DNA of 63,485 nt, the filler included, from Olpidium bornovanus S191 (lineage: Eukaryota > Fungi > Olpidiomycota): assembly GCA_017911155.1 (NCBI GenBank). It is 32 parts of 32 records of this genome, joined end to end, with 100 filler letters (N's around TTAATTAATTAA, not from the genome) between each part and the next. Parts side by side here need not be neighbours in the genome. Positions count along the whole stretch, not along the records: positions 58,800 to 61,654 come from JAEFCI010010253.1; positions 61,755 to 63,485 come from JAEFCI010001901.1; 30 more parts are not named here. One strand, 5' to 3'. How positions within the stretch are numbered: the first letter of the stretch is position 1; the number at the start of each line of letters is the position of its first letter. Positions 61,465 to 63,485 of the stretch are shown here, piece after piece. The notes under the pieces were generated by a model. That model was not told where the DNA came from. It saw nothing but the letters and a program-made list of their open reading frames with translations, and ran no database searches. The position numbers and the translations under genes were made by a program.

Positions 61465-63485
61465 GGGGGGGGGGAAAAAAAAAAAAAAACCCCCCCCCCA
61501 AAAAAAAAAAAAAAAAAAAATAATGAGGGAACCCCCCGTGAAGCCCCCCCTCCCCACTTCCCTCCTTCCGAGAGCCAACGGCCAGCGCAGAACCGCCCGT
61601 CCGACTCAGAGAGAACTCTCCCCCCATCCGCTGCGAGGAAAGGAACGAAGGAGANNNNNNNNNNNNNNNNNNNNNNNNNNNNNNNNNNNNNNNNNNNNTT
61701 AATTAATTAANNNNNNNNNNNNNNNNNNNNNNNNNNNNNNNNNNNNNNNNNNNNCATGCATTTTGCAGGTGTACTGTTTTTGGATGAGGTGACACATATT
61801 TGCAAAACATCACCCTGATTCTAGATTTTGTTTTGTGTGTACTACGGTTGTTTCCCACGTTTTTGGCGTATGTCCAACAAGTCGGCGGTCTACGGCGAAG
61901 GCCCATATGAAGCTGCAAGGTGATCGTACCACCTGCGTTGTCAGAACTGGAGCTTCTGGGCGAACTGGCTAGTTTTCGCTGAGGTGAGTGCGCTGGTCTC
62001 ATTTTGCTGGATGTATTGCGCTCATAGACGAGATGGGTGGTTTCTGTCGACAAAAGCTGGGTATATGTGTTTTTCCGATCTCCCTGTCTACGTTTCGCGC
62101 GCTCGTATTCCCAGGACGGTGTTGACCGCGGCAATGTTTCTGTCTAACCAGAATGGCCTTTCAGGCCGCTGAGCAATGAGGGGCGGAGTTTGACCTCATA
62201 AAACTTAATATGGGGATTGAGGAATGGGGAAGGAAAAGTAAAATGGACGCGCCGCTGAGATGACCCGTGGACGAACCAGGTCCTAGCTGGACGCCGGACG
62301 GGTTATCGCCACATTAAGTGGACCTTATTGATCTTCTCTGCAAACTTGACGGGGGAATTAGAATTATGGAAATCTTAACGTGCGCAGCTTGTGGCTGTAA
62401 GCCCGTCCATTCATGGGTGCGACGCGCGCCTAAGCGCCCGTAATTAGGGCGTTGTGCGGGATCCCATGAAGGTGGGGAGTGGGGTGCGGAGGCGGGGCAA
62501 GGGCGTGGCTCTCCACCGTGGTTGGCTGCGGGAACGAAGGGGGGGTGGCCAGCCAATGCTACTTGCAGCAGGTCACATACCACCGCCGACTTCCTCGAAA
62601 CAGGTTTGGCGATTGCCCTCCTCCGGCGTGCCTTCCGAGCTGCCATAGTGACTCTCGCGGCGAAACTTGGGAAGTGTTACCGTCGTTGCGCCGCACAAGT
62701 TGCTGCCTGACGGGCAATGGCCGCGCGTCAGACTAAAACGTCACCAACTTGCGCGGACCTAATGACGCCCGCCGCGGAACCTTTACGCGTTCGAGGACAC
62801 GGCAAGTCCAATTCGACACAGCTGCGCGGGAGCTCGAGTGCTCTGAGGCCAAATTGAATATCATAGTTTCGGTGGGCCGGGTGGCTGCTATCTCAAAACC
62901 CGTCCGGTTGTAAGTTTTGTCCGCTGGCACGGCCGATCTCGGCGAAGATCCCGGCGACAAAAACAAATAAAATTTAATAAGCAAGAATATGCAAAACCTT
63001 TTCTTTTTTTTCCACCGAGGTGTTCGTCCGGGAACACCACCATAAAGGGCAGGCACATCGGGGATGCTATCGCATCCGCCCGCCCGCCCGCTCCCTCAAA
63101 GACCCTCAATTCCTTCCGAAACGTTAACCGGCCGAGATTCTAATCTATCTCTATCAATCCCACGGTTGTCGCAAACAGCCGCCGGTACCCCCGTACCGTT
63201 GTAAATCCATCGAATAAAGAAAAAGCATTACGTGCGAATGATCTGTTTATGGTCTGCGTTACTGTTACGGGCGAGCCTGCCTTAAACGGCAATACCAGTT
63301 ATCGTGGAAGTCGCTTCGGCACCCCCCTTCCTCCCCACACACCCTCGCACACACTATTTTAAAAATGCAGGCAGGAACCGAGCCGTTTTGCTTTTTTACG
63401 TAACAGGTCCTTCCCCGCGTCGCTGCTCTGCGTCTGCAGACGGGGGTCCTGCATTTCGCTTTACCACAGCAAAAGTGCGCCCATG

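Noticed and set aside
61755-63485. ORFs in the last contig, and likewise in contigs 11445-12740, 12841-13877 and the region 57200-58699
   Set aside because: No motif, codon bias or splice chain that I can support, so these are left unannotated.

Overview
This is not a continuous locus. It is 32 short contigs (about 1.1-3.9 kb) joined by 31 artificial 100-bp spacers (44 N + TTAATTAATTAA + 44 N), so adjacency across spacers carries no synteny information. The DNA is GC-rich, intron-rich and eukaryotic, with long homopolymer tracts. Fungal-type genes (FHA-forkhead factor, Trs65-like TRAPP subunit, Mrp1/Rsm26-type mitoribosomal protein) occur together with the intraflagellar-transport dynein subunit DYNC2LI1. 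This points to a zoosporic, early-diverging fungus; an Olpidium-like or chytrid-like source is inference only. Recognisable, mostly truncated genes: CSN2, STE14, DYNC2LI1, an FKBP-type TPR C-terminus, glycogen debranching enzyme, a Nudix hydrolase, PDCD2, a forkhead factor, an ABCC transporter, two SDRs, ATG7, a cNMP-domain polyQ protein, a Trs65-like protein and a DH-PH RhoGEF. There are also several Copia and Gypsy relics. Most notable: (1) a Ty3/Gypsy-type RT-RNase H continuing in frame into a DIRS-type Dam-like N6-adenine methyltransferase domain where integrase normally sits (35709-37932); (2) a secreted prepro-protein with an X-Pro dipeptide pro-region and a 96-aa Gly/Tyr/Lys mature peptide (44036-44434); (3) an SDR whose catalytic Tyr is replaced by Phe, as in HSDL1; (4) a possible Swt1-like HEPN protein; (5) 20 of 64 contig ends fall exactly on CATG.
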